This document shows positions 1 to 8,955 of a stretch of DNA of 64,000 nt, in pieces. The position numbers and the translations under genes were made by a program. The stretch is taken from NCBI GenBank assembly GCA_046081085.1, contig JBJTVF010000014.1, positions 14,207-78,206 of the forward strand. The letters run 5' to 3'. This stretch comes from Candidatus Limnocylindrus sp. (GTDB lineage Bacteria; Chloroflexota; Limnocylindria; Limnocylindrales; Limnocylindraceae). The notes under the pieces are model-generated. The model saw only the letters and a list, made by a program, of their open reading frames with translations, was not told the origin of the DNA and did no database searches. Numbering within the stretch: the stretch's first letter is position 1; each line of letters begins with the position of its first letter.

Positions 1-1693
1 CCATGCGCGCCAACACTTCCGTCAGTGGCAGTTCAATCTCTCGGTAGAGTCGTTCGCTCCCAATCGACCGCAGTTCACGATCAAGTCCCGCGCGCGACGC
101 GAGCGCAACCACTGCGCAGAGTGATGCTGTCTGCAACGGCGTACGCCGTTCAGGAATGTCGGCTCCGAGGCGGGCCGCGGCAACCTCAACAAGCCCAGGA
201 TTGCGCAACGTCACGTTCCCAATCCAGCTCCCTAGCGCCACGTCATCAACGAGGCGGAGGGGGCGGTCAGCACCGATCGCAAGCAGCGCGCCAAAGATCT
301 CTTTTATGGCGAGCCCGACGAGATCACGACCGGCGCCGGCGACGAGCGTGAGCAGTCGATGGATTACGGCAGGGTCGTCGGCTGTGATCAGCCCCCCCTC
401 TTCATCAGCGACCGCAAAGGCCATAGGTCCTGATGGACCTCGGCGATTCACCCCCTCCCCGCCAAGTGCGAACACGCCATCACGCCGTAGCCCACCGAAG
501 AACTGGACCGCCTCTTCAGGTGACTGAGCGTGGAGCGCACCAGCCACGGCGAAATCGCCGCGTTTGAGTGCCTCGATCTGCGCGCTCAGAACAGGAGAGG
601 CTTCCAAAGGCGGGGTCGCGCCTGGTACTGCGTCTCCATGCTGGCCAGCAGCGCGATTCCCCTCGCTCACCGCATTGAAGTCGAAGCCGAGTTGCAGATC
701 ACCGCTCGTCATGCGTGACGGTGCACTAGCGAGTGATGAAGGACGCTCCTTCACGCCGCGGATTGCTGCACTTGCCGTCGCCGCGGCCACCGCCTCAGCC
801 GCGGTCTCCCGATCTTCGCCTTGAAGGGGCGGGAGGCGTCTAATGAGTGCACGGAATTCAAGCTCACGCAAAAGTGCAAGCGCAAGGTCTCGATCGTACT
901 CACCGATGGTGCCCCCCTCGCCAGGTAGCTGCAGAGGTGCATCACGATCAATGGTCATCAACCCTTGTCCGGCGAAGGCGGCGTCCTGATTCTGGCGAAG
1001 CAGCTCCCGAATTCGTACGGGTTCAACTTCATCAAGCCGCTGGTACAGCGCCTCAAGAGTGCCGAATGTTGCGATCAGTTTCGCCGCTGTCTTCTCTCCC
1101 ACTCCAGGGACACCAGGAATGTTGTCTGAGCTATCCCCTTTCAGCGCCTTGAAGTCGACAATTTGCTCTGGGGTCAATCCGTATCGCTCAAAGATCTTCG
1201 GAGGGTCATAGATCACCATCGCATCGGCGCCACCCTTCGCCGTGTGAAGCAGGGAGACGTTCGGTCCAACGAGCTGAAGCATGTCGAGGTCACCGGAGAC
1301 GATCATCACCTCCCACCCGGCCTCGCGCGCCTGCTCTGCGATCGTGCCAATCACATCGTCCGCCTCATATCCAGGCGCCTCGAGCAGCGGTAGGCCGAGC
1401 GCGGCAACAAGGTCTCGCACCAGTGGGACCTGTGATCGGAGCTCATCCGGCATGGAGGGCCGCTGCGCCTTGTATGCAGGGAAGCGCTCATGGCGGTGAG
1501 TTGCCCCAGGCGCATCAAAGGCAACGATGGCGCGCGCTGGCTTTGCGTCGGCGATCGCGCGAAGCAGGATGCTTGTAAACCCAAATGCCGCGTTGGTCAG
1601 GATCCCGCGACTGTTCGTCAGCGGAGGGATGGCGTGAAAGGCGCGGTAGATCAGGCCATAGGCATCAACGAGAAGGAGTCGCTTCGATTCCAC
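1..1693 (-). CDS. polA: DNA polymerase I, N-terminal 564 aa. It covers the 5'-3' exonuclease/FEN domain and the start of the 3'-5' exo-like domain. The ORF runs off the left edge of the window, so it is absent from the ORF track. Putative GTG start at 1693.
   Basis: Manual reverse-strand translation gives one continuous frame: VESKRLLLVDAYGLIYRAFHAIPPLTNSRGILTNAAFGFTSILL...GDSSDNIPGVPGVGEKTAAKLI...LYREIELPLTEVLARM. These are classic FEN/PolA N-terminal motifs. Confidence 0.8.
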   Translation of the reverse strand, partial: MESKRLLLVDAYGLIYRAFHAIPPLTNSRGILTNAAFGFTSILLRAIADAKPARAIVAFDAPGATHRHERFPAYKAQRPSMPDELRSQVPLVRDLVAALGLPLLEAPGYEADDVIGTIAEQAREAGWEVMIVSGDLDMLQLVGPNVSLLHTAKGGADAMVIYDPPKIFERYGLTPEQIVDFKALKGDSSDNIPGVPGVGEKTAAKLIATFGTLEALYQRLDEVEPVRIRELLRQNQDAAFAGQGLMTIDRDAPLQLPGEGGTIGEYDRDLALALLRELEFRALIRRLPPLQGEDRETAAEAVAAATASAAIRGVKERPSSLASAPSRMTSGDLQLGFDFNAVSEGNRAAGQHGDAVPGATPPLEASPVLSAQIEALKRGDFAVAGALHAQSPEEAVQFFGGLRRDGVFALGGEGVNRRGPSGPMAFAVADEEGGLITADDPAVIHRLLTLVAGAGRDLVGLAIKEIFGALLAIGADRPLRLVDDVALGSWIGNVTLRNPGLVEVAAARLGADIPERRTPLQTASLCAVVALASRAGLDRELRSIGSERLYREIELPLTEVLARM

Positions 1694-1741
1694 GAACGGA
1701 GCGTAGCGCAGCGGGGCGCGACCTCGGCGCGCGGCGAAGGC

Positions 1742-2251
1742 TTACGTGCGTCGGCGGCGGCGCGCACTCTCAGCGGCGAGAAGACTGGCGGCGAGTCCGA
1801 CTGCGCCTGCAATCAGGAGCCACGGGGTCTCTGTGAACGCCCCGACGGACTCTGCGGCGGCGACGTCATCCGCGGCGCGGCTTTCAAGGGGCTCGGCTCC
1901 AGAAAGCTCACTCATGACGGCAGCAGGGTCGCTTCGCAATGCTGACTCTACTGTTGGCTGCAGGGAGGCGAGCGGTACGCCTGTGACAAGGAGGGCCAGC
2001 GAGAGTGCCGCACCAGCGAGTGCCGGGCGTGGTGCGCTCCTGAGCCAGCGTGCGAGCCACGCGATCGGTCCGCCGTGATGTCGAGTTGCACGGGCGCCCG
2101 CCTCTTCTGCAATGAGTTGCTGGAGCGCCGCCCCGTGGAACGGGTCACGCTGACGGACCGGCTCCTCGCTGCGATAGGCAGCCAGGGCTGCCGCCTCAGC
2201 AGACTCCACTGATGCGTCATGCGGCGTAGTTGGGCGGCGCTCGTCACTCAT
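1742..2251 (-). CDS. Putative membrane-anchored anti-sigma factor. It has a single TM helix (LAGAALSLALLVTGVPLASL) and an Arg-rich C-terminus. It overlaps the upstream ECF sigma gene by 8 nt.
   Basis: It sits immediately downstream of an ECF sigma factor, overlapping it by 8 nt. It is a small protein with a central hydrophobic helix. There is no recognisable enzymatic motif. Confidence 0.5.
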   Translation of the reverse strand: MSDERRPTTPHDASVESAEAAALAAYRSEEPVRQRDPFHGAALQQLIAEEAGARATRHHGGPIAWLARWLRSAPRPALAGAALSLALLVTGVPLASLQPTVESALRSDPAAVMSELSGAEPLESRAADDVAAAESVGAFTETPWLLIAGAVGLAASLLAAESARRRRRT

Positions 2252-2915
2252 CTCTACCCCCTAACGGGCGCTCGCCGCCTTGGGTTCCCGGCCGCAAATC
2301 GGCGAGAAGGCTCCTCAACTCCTCGCGGCCACGGCTGATTCGACTCTTCACCGTTCCAAGGGAGCTCTCTGTGATCTCGGCAATCTCGGCATAGGTGTAT
2401 CCGTCCACATCAAGGAGGAGGATGGCGGTTCGCCTCTCCTCCGGGATCTCCCTGAGTGCCGCCCGTAGTTGTGCCGCAAGCTCGCGCCCCTCAACCACCC
2501 CTACAGGATCGCTCGCGCGCCCAGCGGGCAACTCAGCGGCACCCCTTCGCTCGGCTCCGCCCCCCTCTTCCTCGTGCGTCTGAATCTGGATCGTGGGGTG
2601 ACGCCGCTCCCGACGGCCCGCGTCGCGCGCCGCATTTTGAACGATTCGAACGAACCAGCCGCGCAGGTTACGAGGCTCCACCCGATCGAGAGCTCGGTAG
2701 GCGGAGATCAGCCCCTCCTGCAGTGCATCGTCGGCGCTCGCAGGCTCACCCGTGATCCGAAGTGCCATCCTCCAAGCGAGGTCAAGATCGGGGGTGAAGA
2801 GGGCACGGAAGGCCTCCGCGTCACCTGCCCGCGCGGCACCAAGGAGGCGAAGTCGCTCCTCCGGCTCGCGCTGCGACCGCCCCTTCAATACACCCATGCC
2901 GTAATGATGCCGCAC
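2244..2915 (-). CDS. ECF-type RNA polymerase sigma-70 family factor (regions 2 and 4). The true start is possibly a few codons downstream of 2915.
   Basis: LLGAARAGDAEAFRALF...ALQEGLISAYRAL (region 2) and LLLDVDGYTYAEIAEITESSLGTVKSRISRGREEL (region 4 HTH). Confidence 0.8.
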   Translation of the reverse strand: MRHHYGMGVLKGRSQREPEERLRLLGAARAGDAEAFRALFTPDLDLAWRMALRITGEPASADDALQEGLISAYRALDRVEPRNLRGWFVRIVQNAARDAGRRERRHPTIQIQTHEEEGGGAERRGAAELPAGRASDPVGVVEGRELAAQLRAALREIPEERRTAILLLDVDGYTYAEIAEITESSLGTVKSRISRGREELRSLLADLRPGTQGGERPLGGRDE

Positions 2916-2932
2916 CGCTAGGATTCAGGAGC

Positions 2933-3018
2933 GCCGAAGTGGCGAAATGGCAGACGCAACCGACTCAAAATCGGTCGACCGCAAGGTCATGTGGGTTCGA
3001 CTCCCACCTTCGGTACCA
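2933..3018 (+). tRNA. tRNA-Leu (anticodon CAA), class II with a long variable arm.
   Basis: Cloverleaf folded by eye: acceptor GCCGAAG/CTTCGGT; D-arm GCG-AAATGGCAGA-CGC; anticodon stem ACCGA/TCGGT with loop CTCAAAA; T-arm GTGGG-TTCGACT-CCCAC; 3' ACCA. Confidence 0.85.
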
Positions 3019-3045
3019 AGGCCACGACCCCGCTACAATCATGTA

Positions 3046-3132
3046 GCCGAAGTGGCGAAATGGCAGACGCATCCGACTTAAAATCGGCCGGTCGATGAGA
3101 TCATGCGGGTTCGAGTCCCGCCTTCGGCACCA
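3046..3132 (+). tRNA. tRNA-Leu (anticodon TAA), class II. It is a tandem paralog of the upstream tRNA-Leu.
   Basis: The 5' 27 nt are identical to the first tRNA. Anticodon loop CTTAAAA; T-arm GCGGG-TTCGAGT-CCCGC; 3' CACCA. There is one U-C mismatch at the base of the anticodon stem. Confidence 0.8.
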
Positions 3133-3162
3133 ACAAGGGGACGGCACCACCAAAGGGAAGCA

Positions 3163-3375
3163 ATGACTGAGAACAACCGAGCACGAGCTGACCGCGAAAC
3201 TCTCATGCGTGAGCATGCGCAGGCGCGCGCTGAACGTGCGTCCCTCACGCCTGGGTCGCCCGAGTGGCGAACCGCTGCCGCGCGTGTCGCTGCCATTGAA
3301 GTTGAGATCGCGAAGATCACCGCGCTGAGCACTCCCCCTGCGCGCGTTGCGAGGCCCGAGGCGAAGACGAAGTAG
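3163..3375 (+). CDS. Small hypothetical coiled-coil protein (70 aa). It resembles small actinobacterial DUF-type proteins.
   Basis: ATG at 3163 is preceded by AAGGGAAG. The sequence is MTENNRARADRETLMREHAQARAERASLTPGSPEWRTAAARVAAIEVEIAKITA... The longer track ORF (from 3103) would start inside the tRNA. Confidence 0.35.
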   Translation: MTENNRARADRETLMREHAQARAERASLTPGSPEWRTAAARVAAIEVEIAKITALSTPPARVARPEAKTK

Positions 3376-3404
3376 AACCGAAGACAGAACTACTGCTCGC
3401 TCGG

Positions 3405-4430
3405 CTAGATGCCGAGGAGCGTACCCAGAATTAGCCCAAAGAAAAGCGCACCCATCGCTGGGCGTCCCGCAAGGAATGCAGCGCCAACATGCCAGAGCGG
3501 CCAGAGCGGATATCCGACCGGCGGAGCACTCGGACGTGGCGCGGCAACGATCTTCATTGCAGGAAGTGCTGAGAGCGCACCGAGCCCGGCGAGCGGCGCA
3601 ACGATCCATGGAAAGATTCCGAGGAGACCGAAGAGCGCAACGCTGATGTAGCCGACACTAAGCAGGAGGAGTGTTCCGGCGCGCGCGCGGCGCTCACCGA
3701 TTCGCACCACAAACGTGCCAACTCCGCGCGAGCTGTCTGCCTCAATCTTGTCGAGGTGCTTCCCGAAGAGAACTGCGGTTGCAATCGCACCCCATGGAAG
3801 TGTTGCGAGCAGCACGGTTCCATCAATCGTCCCCGTTGCTGCAAGGTACGTGCCGCCACCCATGAGCGGCCCCCATACGAGGAGGACGGAGAGCTCACCG
3901 AGACCGCGTCGCTTCAGGCGAAGCGGTGGATCGGTGTACCCCCACGAAAGGATCAGCCCAGCAACTGCAAAGACTCCAAGGAGTGGCTCGCTGCGCATCA
4001 CCATCGCGAAGCCACCGAGAAGGGCGGCGAGGCCAGTGATGATCGCGATCACAAGGAACAGCGTCTTACTGGACATCGCCCCCGATGCGATCGGATGCGG
4101 TGAGTAGTCTGCGCGTGGATACCCTGGTCGATCAAGGCCGTCGTGGTAGTCGCGCCAATCGTTTGCCAAATTGTTCGCTGCATGAGCAAGGTTTGCGCCG
4201 ATGAATGCGGCGAACCCGAGAAGGAGTCCGCTCACTCCTGCGCTCGTGTCACTGATGCTCCCCCTCCACCATGCGTAGAGAAGCCCCTGTCCAGAGCCAA
4301 CGACCGTGAGCGGAAGAACGGAGGCGCGGGCGAGGAGAAGGGCGCGTGCGAGGCGCGGCATGCTATTCCAGTCAACGCCAGCGGGTGCCGACTGCCGAAG
4401 AAGGACCGAGGCGTATGTCTTCAAAGTCAT
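3405..4430 (-). CDS. UbiA-family aromatic prenyltransferase (MenA-like 1,4-dihydroxy-2-naphthoate polyprenyltransferase candidate).
   Basis: A polytopic membrane protein carrying NDWRDYHDGLD (the Asp-rich NDxxDxxxD motif of UbiA enzymes) and a second Asp-rich region, KHLDKIEADS. Confidence 0.7.
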   Translation of the reverse strand: MTLKTYASVLLRQSAPAGVDWNSMPRLARALLLARASVLPLTVVGSGQGLLYAWWRGSISDTSAGVSGLLLGFAAFIGANLAHAANNLANDWRDYHDGLDRPGYPRADYSPHPIASGAMSSKTLFLVIAIITGLAALLGGFAMVMRSEPLLGVFAVAGLILSWGYTDPPLRLKRRGLGELSVLLVWGPLMGGGTYLAATGTIDGTVLLATLPWGAIATAVLFGKHLDKIEADSSRGVGTFVVRIGERRARAGTLLLLSVGYISVALFGLLGIFPWIVAPLAGLGALSALPAMKIVAAPRPSAPPVGYPLWPLWHVGAAFLAGRPAMGALFFGLILGTLLGI

Positions 4431-4464
4431 GCCGCTATTCTGCCGCGTTTACGCAAAGTGCGCC

Positions 4465-7400
4465 TCAGGCAGCGGGGAGTGACTCGCCCTCAGGCACGAT
4501 GTCAAAGCGCACGGCGGATGGGCCCACGCGCCCGCGGATCGCAGCAGGGAAGCTCGGATCCCACGCTACCCCGCTGCGGATTTCCATGGGGAGGTGCTGA
4601 GCACCACCAGCCTGCGGAATGTAGACAACAACCTTGGTGTTCCCAGGGCGCGAACGGAGTTCAGACTTCACGACCTCCATTGCGCGGACCGTCTCCTCCA
4701 CCGATTGCCCAGGTTGAAAACGAATGTGTAGTGCTGCCCCAGCTGGCGCTTCGACAGGATCTGCCGGTGCCTCGCTGACCGGTACTACCGGACCCGACAT
4801 CCTGATCTCTCCTTCGCGCTCCTCGGGGACAAGTCCTCGGGAGAGTGTGCCGACCGGAGTGCTGTTGCGAGGTGCGAAGCGACGCGTCCCCCCTGTGTTC
4901 TTCGCCAAGTCCGCGGCGATTCCCTCGGGCGTGAGCGCTTGCGCCTCTTCCCACGGCAGAACGGATTCGCAGATGATTGACCATGTTTCACCACGAAGTT
5001 CAGGGCGGCCGGCAATGAGCAAAGGCTCGCCCTCGACCCATGCATCGCGCGTGGCCTCCCAGGTCTTTGGGAAGGCAACAACCTCAATACTCCCCGTCAA
5101 ATCTTCTACGGTGAGAATTCCCATTGCCGCCCCCGCCTTCGTCACCAGTGTTCGAACGTTGGTCACAATTGCGCCGATCGTCACTCGATCCTCACTGGTA
5201 GGTGACTCATCGGAGAAGTCGCCCACGAAGGCGTTGACATGCGGGGCGAGGAGCGGCGCGAGCGCATTCATCGGGTGGTCGGAGAGGTAGACGCCGAGGA
5301 GCTCTCGCTCCCAGCGGAGCCGCTCCCGAGTAGGTGCCTCCACGACGTGTGGCAGGGATGGAGCCATTGAGAGCGCGATGGCAGGGGCGGAGTCAAAGAG
5401 TGAAACCTGACCTGCAGCGCGCTCGCGTTGCGCGCTCGACCCTGCGGAGAGGGCTTCGTCGAGGGCCATCAAGATCTGGGCCGGGTGGCCAAACTTCTGC
5501 AGGGCTCCGACCTTTGCAAGCGCCTCGAAGACGCGCTTGTTTGCAAGTCGAAGGTCAATACGATCGCACAGATCCTGCAGGCTCTTGAATTCACCATCGT
5601 GCGTGCGCGCCGCAACGATGGATTCCGCCGCCCCAGCACCAACATTCTTGACCGCAAGAAGACCGAATCGAATCGCACCCCCCTCTGGTTCAAAGTCCAG
5701 CTGTGATCGTTCAATGTCAGGCGGAAGGATGGCTATGCCCAGCCTTCGGCACTCCGCAATTGCCGTAGCGACCTTGTCTTCCTTGTTGCGGAAGGCATTG
5801 AGGACGCTCGTCATGTACTCAACCGTGTAATTCGCCTTCAAGTAGGCAGTTTGGTAGGCAATGAGGCCATAACAGGTAGCGTGCGCCTTGTTGAATCCGT
5901 AGTCTGTAAACGGCTCAAACGCCTGGAATACCTGCTCGATCACGCTTGGGGCCACACCACGCCCTGCAGCACTCCGAATGAACTCCTGCTTGAGCCCAGC
6001 GAGCACATCCTTCTTCTTCTTGCGCACCGCATAACCCAAGGTGTCAGCCTTTGGCCCGGAGAAGCCACCGAGCGCCGATGCGGCCGCCATGATGTCCTCC
6101 TGGTATACGAACACGCCGTATGTTCGCTTGAGGAATGGCTCAAGAAGTGGGTGCAGGTATGTGACCGGCTCTGTTCCGTGCTTGCGACGGATATACGAGG
6201 GGATGTTCGCCATCGGTCCCGGCCGATACAGTGCAACCATGGCGGCCAGATCGAACACGCTCGTTGGGCGCAGTTCCTTGATGTAGCGGCGCATCCCAGC
6301 AGATTCGAGTTGAAAGATCCCGCTCGTTTCGCCCGAGGCCAAGAGGGCGAAGGTCTTTGCGTCATCCAGTGGAATCGTGTCAAGGTTGATTGAAACCCCG
6401 TAGGTTGCCTTGATGCGGTCCACCGCCGTCCGAAGAATCGTGAGGTTCGCGAGGCCTAGGAAATCAAACTTGAGGAGGCCGAGTGCCTCTACGCCGTGCA
6501 TCTCGATCTGCGTCATGACCCCGTCTGAGTTGGTGGCGCGCTGGAGCGCCATGATCTCTGTGAGCGGTTCGCGACTGATCACCACGCCAGCCGCATGAGT
6601 GGACGCGTTGCGCACCACCCCCTCAAGCTGCTCGGCAAGTTCAACGAGAGGCGCGTACTCTTGGCTCTCCGCGAGCGCCTTGAAGTCGGAGTCCCTGCGG
6701 GCCTGCGCGAGCGTGGTCCCCAGCTTCTCTGGAACCGCCTTCGCAAGCCGGTCAACATCGCTGTAGCTCTTCCCAAGAACTCGTCCAACATCGCGAATCG
6801 AGGCACGTGCCGCCATTGTCCCGAACGTGATGATTTGAGCGACTTGGCTTTCGCCATACTTCTGCGCAACGTAACGGATCACCTCCTCTCGTCTTCCATC
6901 TTCAAAGTCGATGTCAATGTCCGGCATCGTGACGCGGTCTTCGTTGAGGAAGCGTTCGAATGGAAGGTCATAGTGGAGTGGGTCCACGGGTGTGATTCCA
7001 AGTGCATAGGTGACGATCGAGCCTGGAGCACTCCCTCTGCAGGTTGTCGCGATCCCCTGCTCCCGTGCAAATCGAACGAAGTCAGCAACGATCAGGAAGT
7101 AAGCGCCATATCCCATCTTCAGGATCACCCCGAGTTCATATTCCATCCGTTCGCGCGCAGCCGTTGAGGCCGTCCCATAGCGACGGGCGAGCCCTCGCTC
7201 CGCCTCCTTTCGAAGCCAGCTATCAACGCTCTCCCCCTTTGGCACCTCAACGTCGGGCATGCGAAGTTGACCGAGGGCGAGGTTGAAATCAACCGCATCG
7301 CTGATCACTCGGGTGTTGCGGAGCAACTCAGGTCGGTCAGGGAAGAGCATGGCCATTTCTGCGGGCGACTTCAAGTAAAAGTCGCCACTATTGAAGCGCA

Positions 7401-8115
7401 TTCGATTCGGAGTCTCCAGATTCGACGCGGTTCCGATGCATAGAAGCACATCGTGTGCCTCTTGCTGCGTCGCCTTCACGTAGTGGAGGTCGTTCGTCAA
7501 CACGAGTGGGAGCCCAACCTCAGGGGCGAGCTTAAAGAGTTGCTCGTTCAGTCGTTTCTGTTCGGGGAGACCATGATCCTGTACCTCCAAATAGAACCGC
7601 CCCTTGCCGAAGATGTCACCGTAGCGCCCAGCAAGTGACCGAGCGTGTTCCCAGTCATCAACCTCGAGTGCACGTGCGATCTCACCGTTCAGGCAGCCGG
7701 AGAGTCCGATTAGTCCGTCCGAATACTTCGCGAGGTGGTCGTGGTCAATGCGAGGCTTGTAGTACATGCCGTCAAGGTGTGCGTCAGTGACGAGTCGGCA
7801 GAGGTTGCGATAGCCGGTTGCACTCGTGGCGAGCAAGACGAGATGGAAAGGCTGCTGGTCTGCCTTCCCCTCCTTGTCTCCCATGCCGCGACGCGCAACG
7901 TAGGTCTCCACACCGATGATCGGCTTGATTCCGCGATTTGTCGCCGCTTGGACAAACTGCACCGTTCCGTAGAGGGCACCGTGATCGGTGACCGCAATCG
8001 AGTCCATGCCGAGCGCCTTTGTCTCGTCCATGAGCGCGTCAATCTTGCTCATGCCATCGAGCAGGCTGAACTCGGTGTGGGCGTGGAGATGGGTGAAGTC
8101 GGGCTTCTTGCTCAC
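4465..8115 (-). CDS. dnaE: DNA polymerase III alpha subunit (DnaE1-type), with a roughly 150 aa Pro/Ala/Glu-rich tail after the OB fold.
   Basis: N-terminal PHP domain HLHAHTEFSLLDGMSKID...VTDHGALYG; polymerase core; OB-fold near aa 970-1060. Total 1216 aa. Confidence 0.95.
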   Translation of the reverse strand: MSKKPDFTHLHAHTEFSLLDGMSKIDALMDETKALGMDSIAVTDHGALYGTVQFVQAATNRGIKPIIGVETYVARRGMGDKEGKADQQPFHLVLLATSATGYRNLCRLVTDAHLDGMYYKPRIDHDHLAKYSDGLIGLSGCLNGEIARALEVDDWEHARSLAGRYGDIFGKGRFYLEVQDHGLPEQKRLNEQLFKLAPEVGLPLVLTNDLHYVKATQQEAHDVLLCIGTASNLETPNRMRFNSGDFYLKSPAEMAMLFPDRPELLRNTRVISDAVDFNLALGQLRMPDVEVPKGESVDSWLRKEAERGLARRYGTASTAARERMEYELGVILKMGYGAYFLIVADFVRFAREQGIATTCRGSAPGSIVTYALGITPVDPLHYDLPFERFLNEDRVTMPDIDIDFEDGRREEVIRYVAQKYGESQVAQIITFGTMAARASIRDVGRVLGKSYSDVDRLAKAVPEKLGTTLAQARRDSDFKALAESQEYAPLVELAEQLEGVVRNASTHAAGVVISREPLTEIMALQRATNSDGVMTQIEMHGVEALGLLKFDFLGLANLTILRTAVDRIKATYGVSINLDTIPLDDAKTFALLASGETSGIFQLESAGMRRYIKELRPTSVFDLAAMVALYRPGPMANIPSYIRRKHGTEPVTYLHPLLEPFLKRTYGVFVYQEDIMAAASALGGFSGPKADTLGYAVRKKKKDVLAGLKQEFIRSAAGRGVAPSVIEQVFQAFEPFTDYGFNKAHATCYGLIAYQTAYLKANYTVEYMTSVLNAFRNKEDKVATAIAECRRLGIAILPPDIERSQLDFEPEGGAIRFGLLAVKNVGAGAAESIVAARTHDGEFKSLQDLCDRIDLRLANKRVFEALAKVGALQKFGHPAQILMALDEALSAGSSAQRERAAGQVSLFDSAPAIALSMAPSLPHVVEAPTRERLRWERELLGVYLSDHPMNALAPLLAPHVNAFVGDFSDESPTSEDRVTIGAIVTNVRTLVTKAGAAMGILTVEDLTGSIEVVAFPKTWEATRDAWVEGEPLLIAGRPELRGETWSIICESVLPWEEAQALTPEGIAADLAKNTGGTRRFAPRNSTPVGTLSRGLVPEEREGEIRMSGPVVPVSEAPADPVEAPAGAALHIRFQPGQSVEETVRAMEVVKSELRSRPGNTKVVVYIPQAGGAQHLPMEIRSGVAWDPSFPAAIRGRVGPSAVRFDIVPEGESLPAA

Positions 8116-8142
8116 GGGGGGAGTCTACCGAGCGAGTAGGAT

Positions 8143-8664
8143 TTGCTCGTGGATGAGCGCGAACGCACGAGGATCAGGGGAGCGATCGACGCTGCCGAAG
8201 GGAGAGGCGCGCCCCCTCCCACCGACCATCAGCTTCGAACCCTCCTCGCCGAAAGCCGTACGATTGCGATCGTTGGAGCCTCACCGAAAGTTGATCGCCC
8301 ATCACACGGTGTCCTACTCGTCCTGAAGTCAGCAGGATGGCGCATCCTCCCCGTTAACCCTTCCGCGAAGGCCCTGACCGATGGAGTTGCTGGACTCCCC
8401 TGCTTCCCTGATCTTGCCACCGCAGCAGCCTCCCTTCCAAACGGAGAAGGCATTGATCTCGTTGATGTCTTTCGACGCCCAGAAGAATGCGTCGCGATCA
8501 CACGAGACGCAATCGCAGTTGGCGCGGGCGCGATCTGGCTGCAACTCGGCATCATCAGTCCGGAAGCTGCCGCGCTCGCCGCAGCTGCGGGAGTCTCGTT
8601 CGTGCAGGATCGTTGCACGGCAATCGAAGCGCAGCGACTAAGGGTTTCAGGCCCGGGCGCATAA
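8143..8664 (+). CDS. CoA-binding domain protein (YccU/YneT-like, CoA_binding_2 family).
   Basis: TIAIVGASPKVDRPSHGVLLVLKSAGWRILPVNP is a Rossmann-like CoA-binding signature. It is divergent from dnaE. Confidence 0.65.
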   Translation: MLVDERERTRIRGAIDAAEGRGAPPPTDHQLRTLLAESRTIAIVGASPKVDRPSHGVLLVLKSAGWRILPVNPSAKALTDGVAGLPCFPDLATAAASLPNGEGIDLVDVFRRPEECVAITRDAIAVGAGAIWLQLGIISPEAAALAAAAGVSFVQDRCTAIEAQRLRVSGPGA

Positions 8665-8672
8665 CGGAAGCG

Positions 8673-8954
8673 TCAGCGGAACGGCGGGAAGAGGGCGAGC
8701 GCAATCCCAACTATGGAGGCGACGCCAACGCCAGCGAGACGCTTCAGTCGCGAAACGATCATCTCTCCCTCAAGGCGGTCGAGAACATCGGGGCCAGCAC
8801 CAGGTGCACCGCGCCACTCGCTGTAGCGCTTCGCACCGCCGACACGCATCTGATGAAGGCGATACTGAGTCAGCAGCGGTGGGAGCTGACGTGCGAGATA
8901 GATAAGGCCAGCGACCCCAAAGCCCCCAGTAATGAGTCGAACGATGTCCAGCAT
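8673..8954 (-). CDS. Hypothetical small membrane protein (93 aa). It sits 2 nt downstream of gatB.
   Basis: Hydrophobic N- and C-terminal segments, co-oriented and tightly packed after gatB. There is no motif, so it could be spurious in GC-rich DNA. Confidence 0.3.
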   Translation of the reverse strand: MLDIVRLITGGFGVAGLIYLARQLPPLLTQYRLHQMRVGGAKRYSEWRGAPGAGPDVLDRLEGEMIVSRLKRLAGVGVASIVGIALALFPPFR

Positions 8955-8955
8955 C

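Noticed and set aside
2933-3404. tRNA-Leu tandem as an integration site for a genomic island or prophage.
   Set aside because: There is no integrase, no direct repeat of the tRNA 3' end, and only about 270 nt of non-core sequence downstream, so there is no evidence of a mobile element.
2965-3609. 214 aa minus-strand ORF spanning both tRNA-Leu genes and the small plus-strand ORF.
   Set aside because: It overlaps two well-folded tRNA genes on the opposite strand and has no motif. It is a typical spurious long ORF in GC-rich DNA.
4143-4778. 211 aa plus-strand ORF, and several others (4346..4600, 4724..5290), antisense to the dnaE 3' end.
   Set aside because: They are fully antisense to a highly confident dnaE coding frame. 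They have low complexity (Arg/Pro/Gly-rich) and no RBS.
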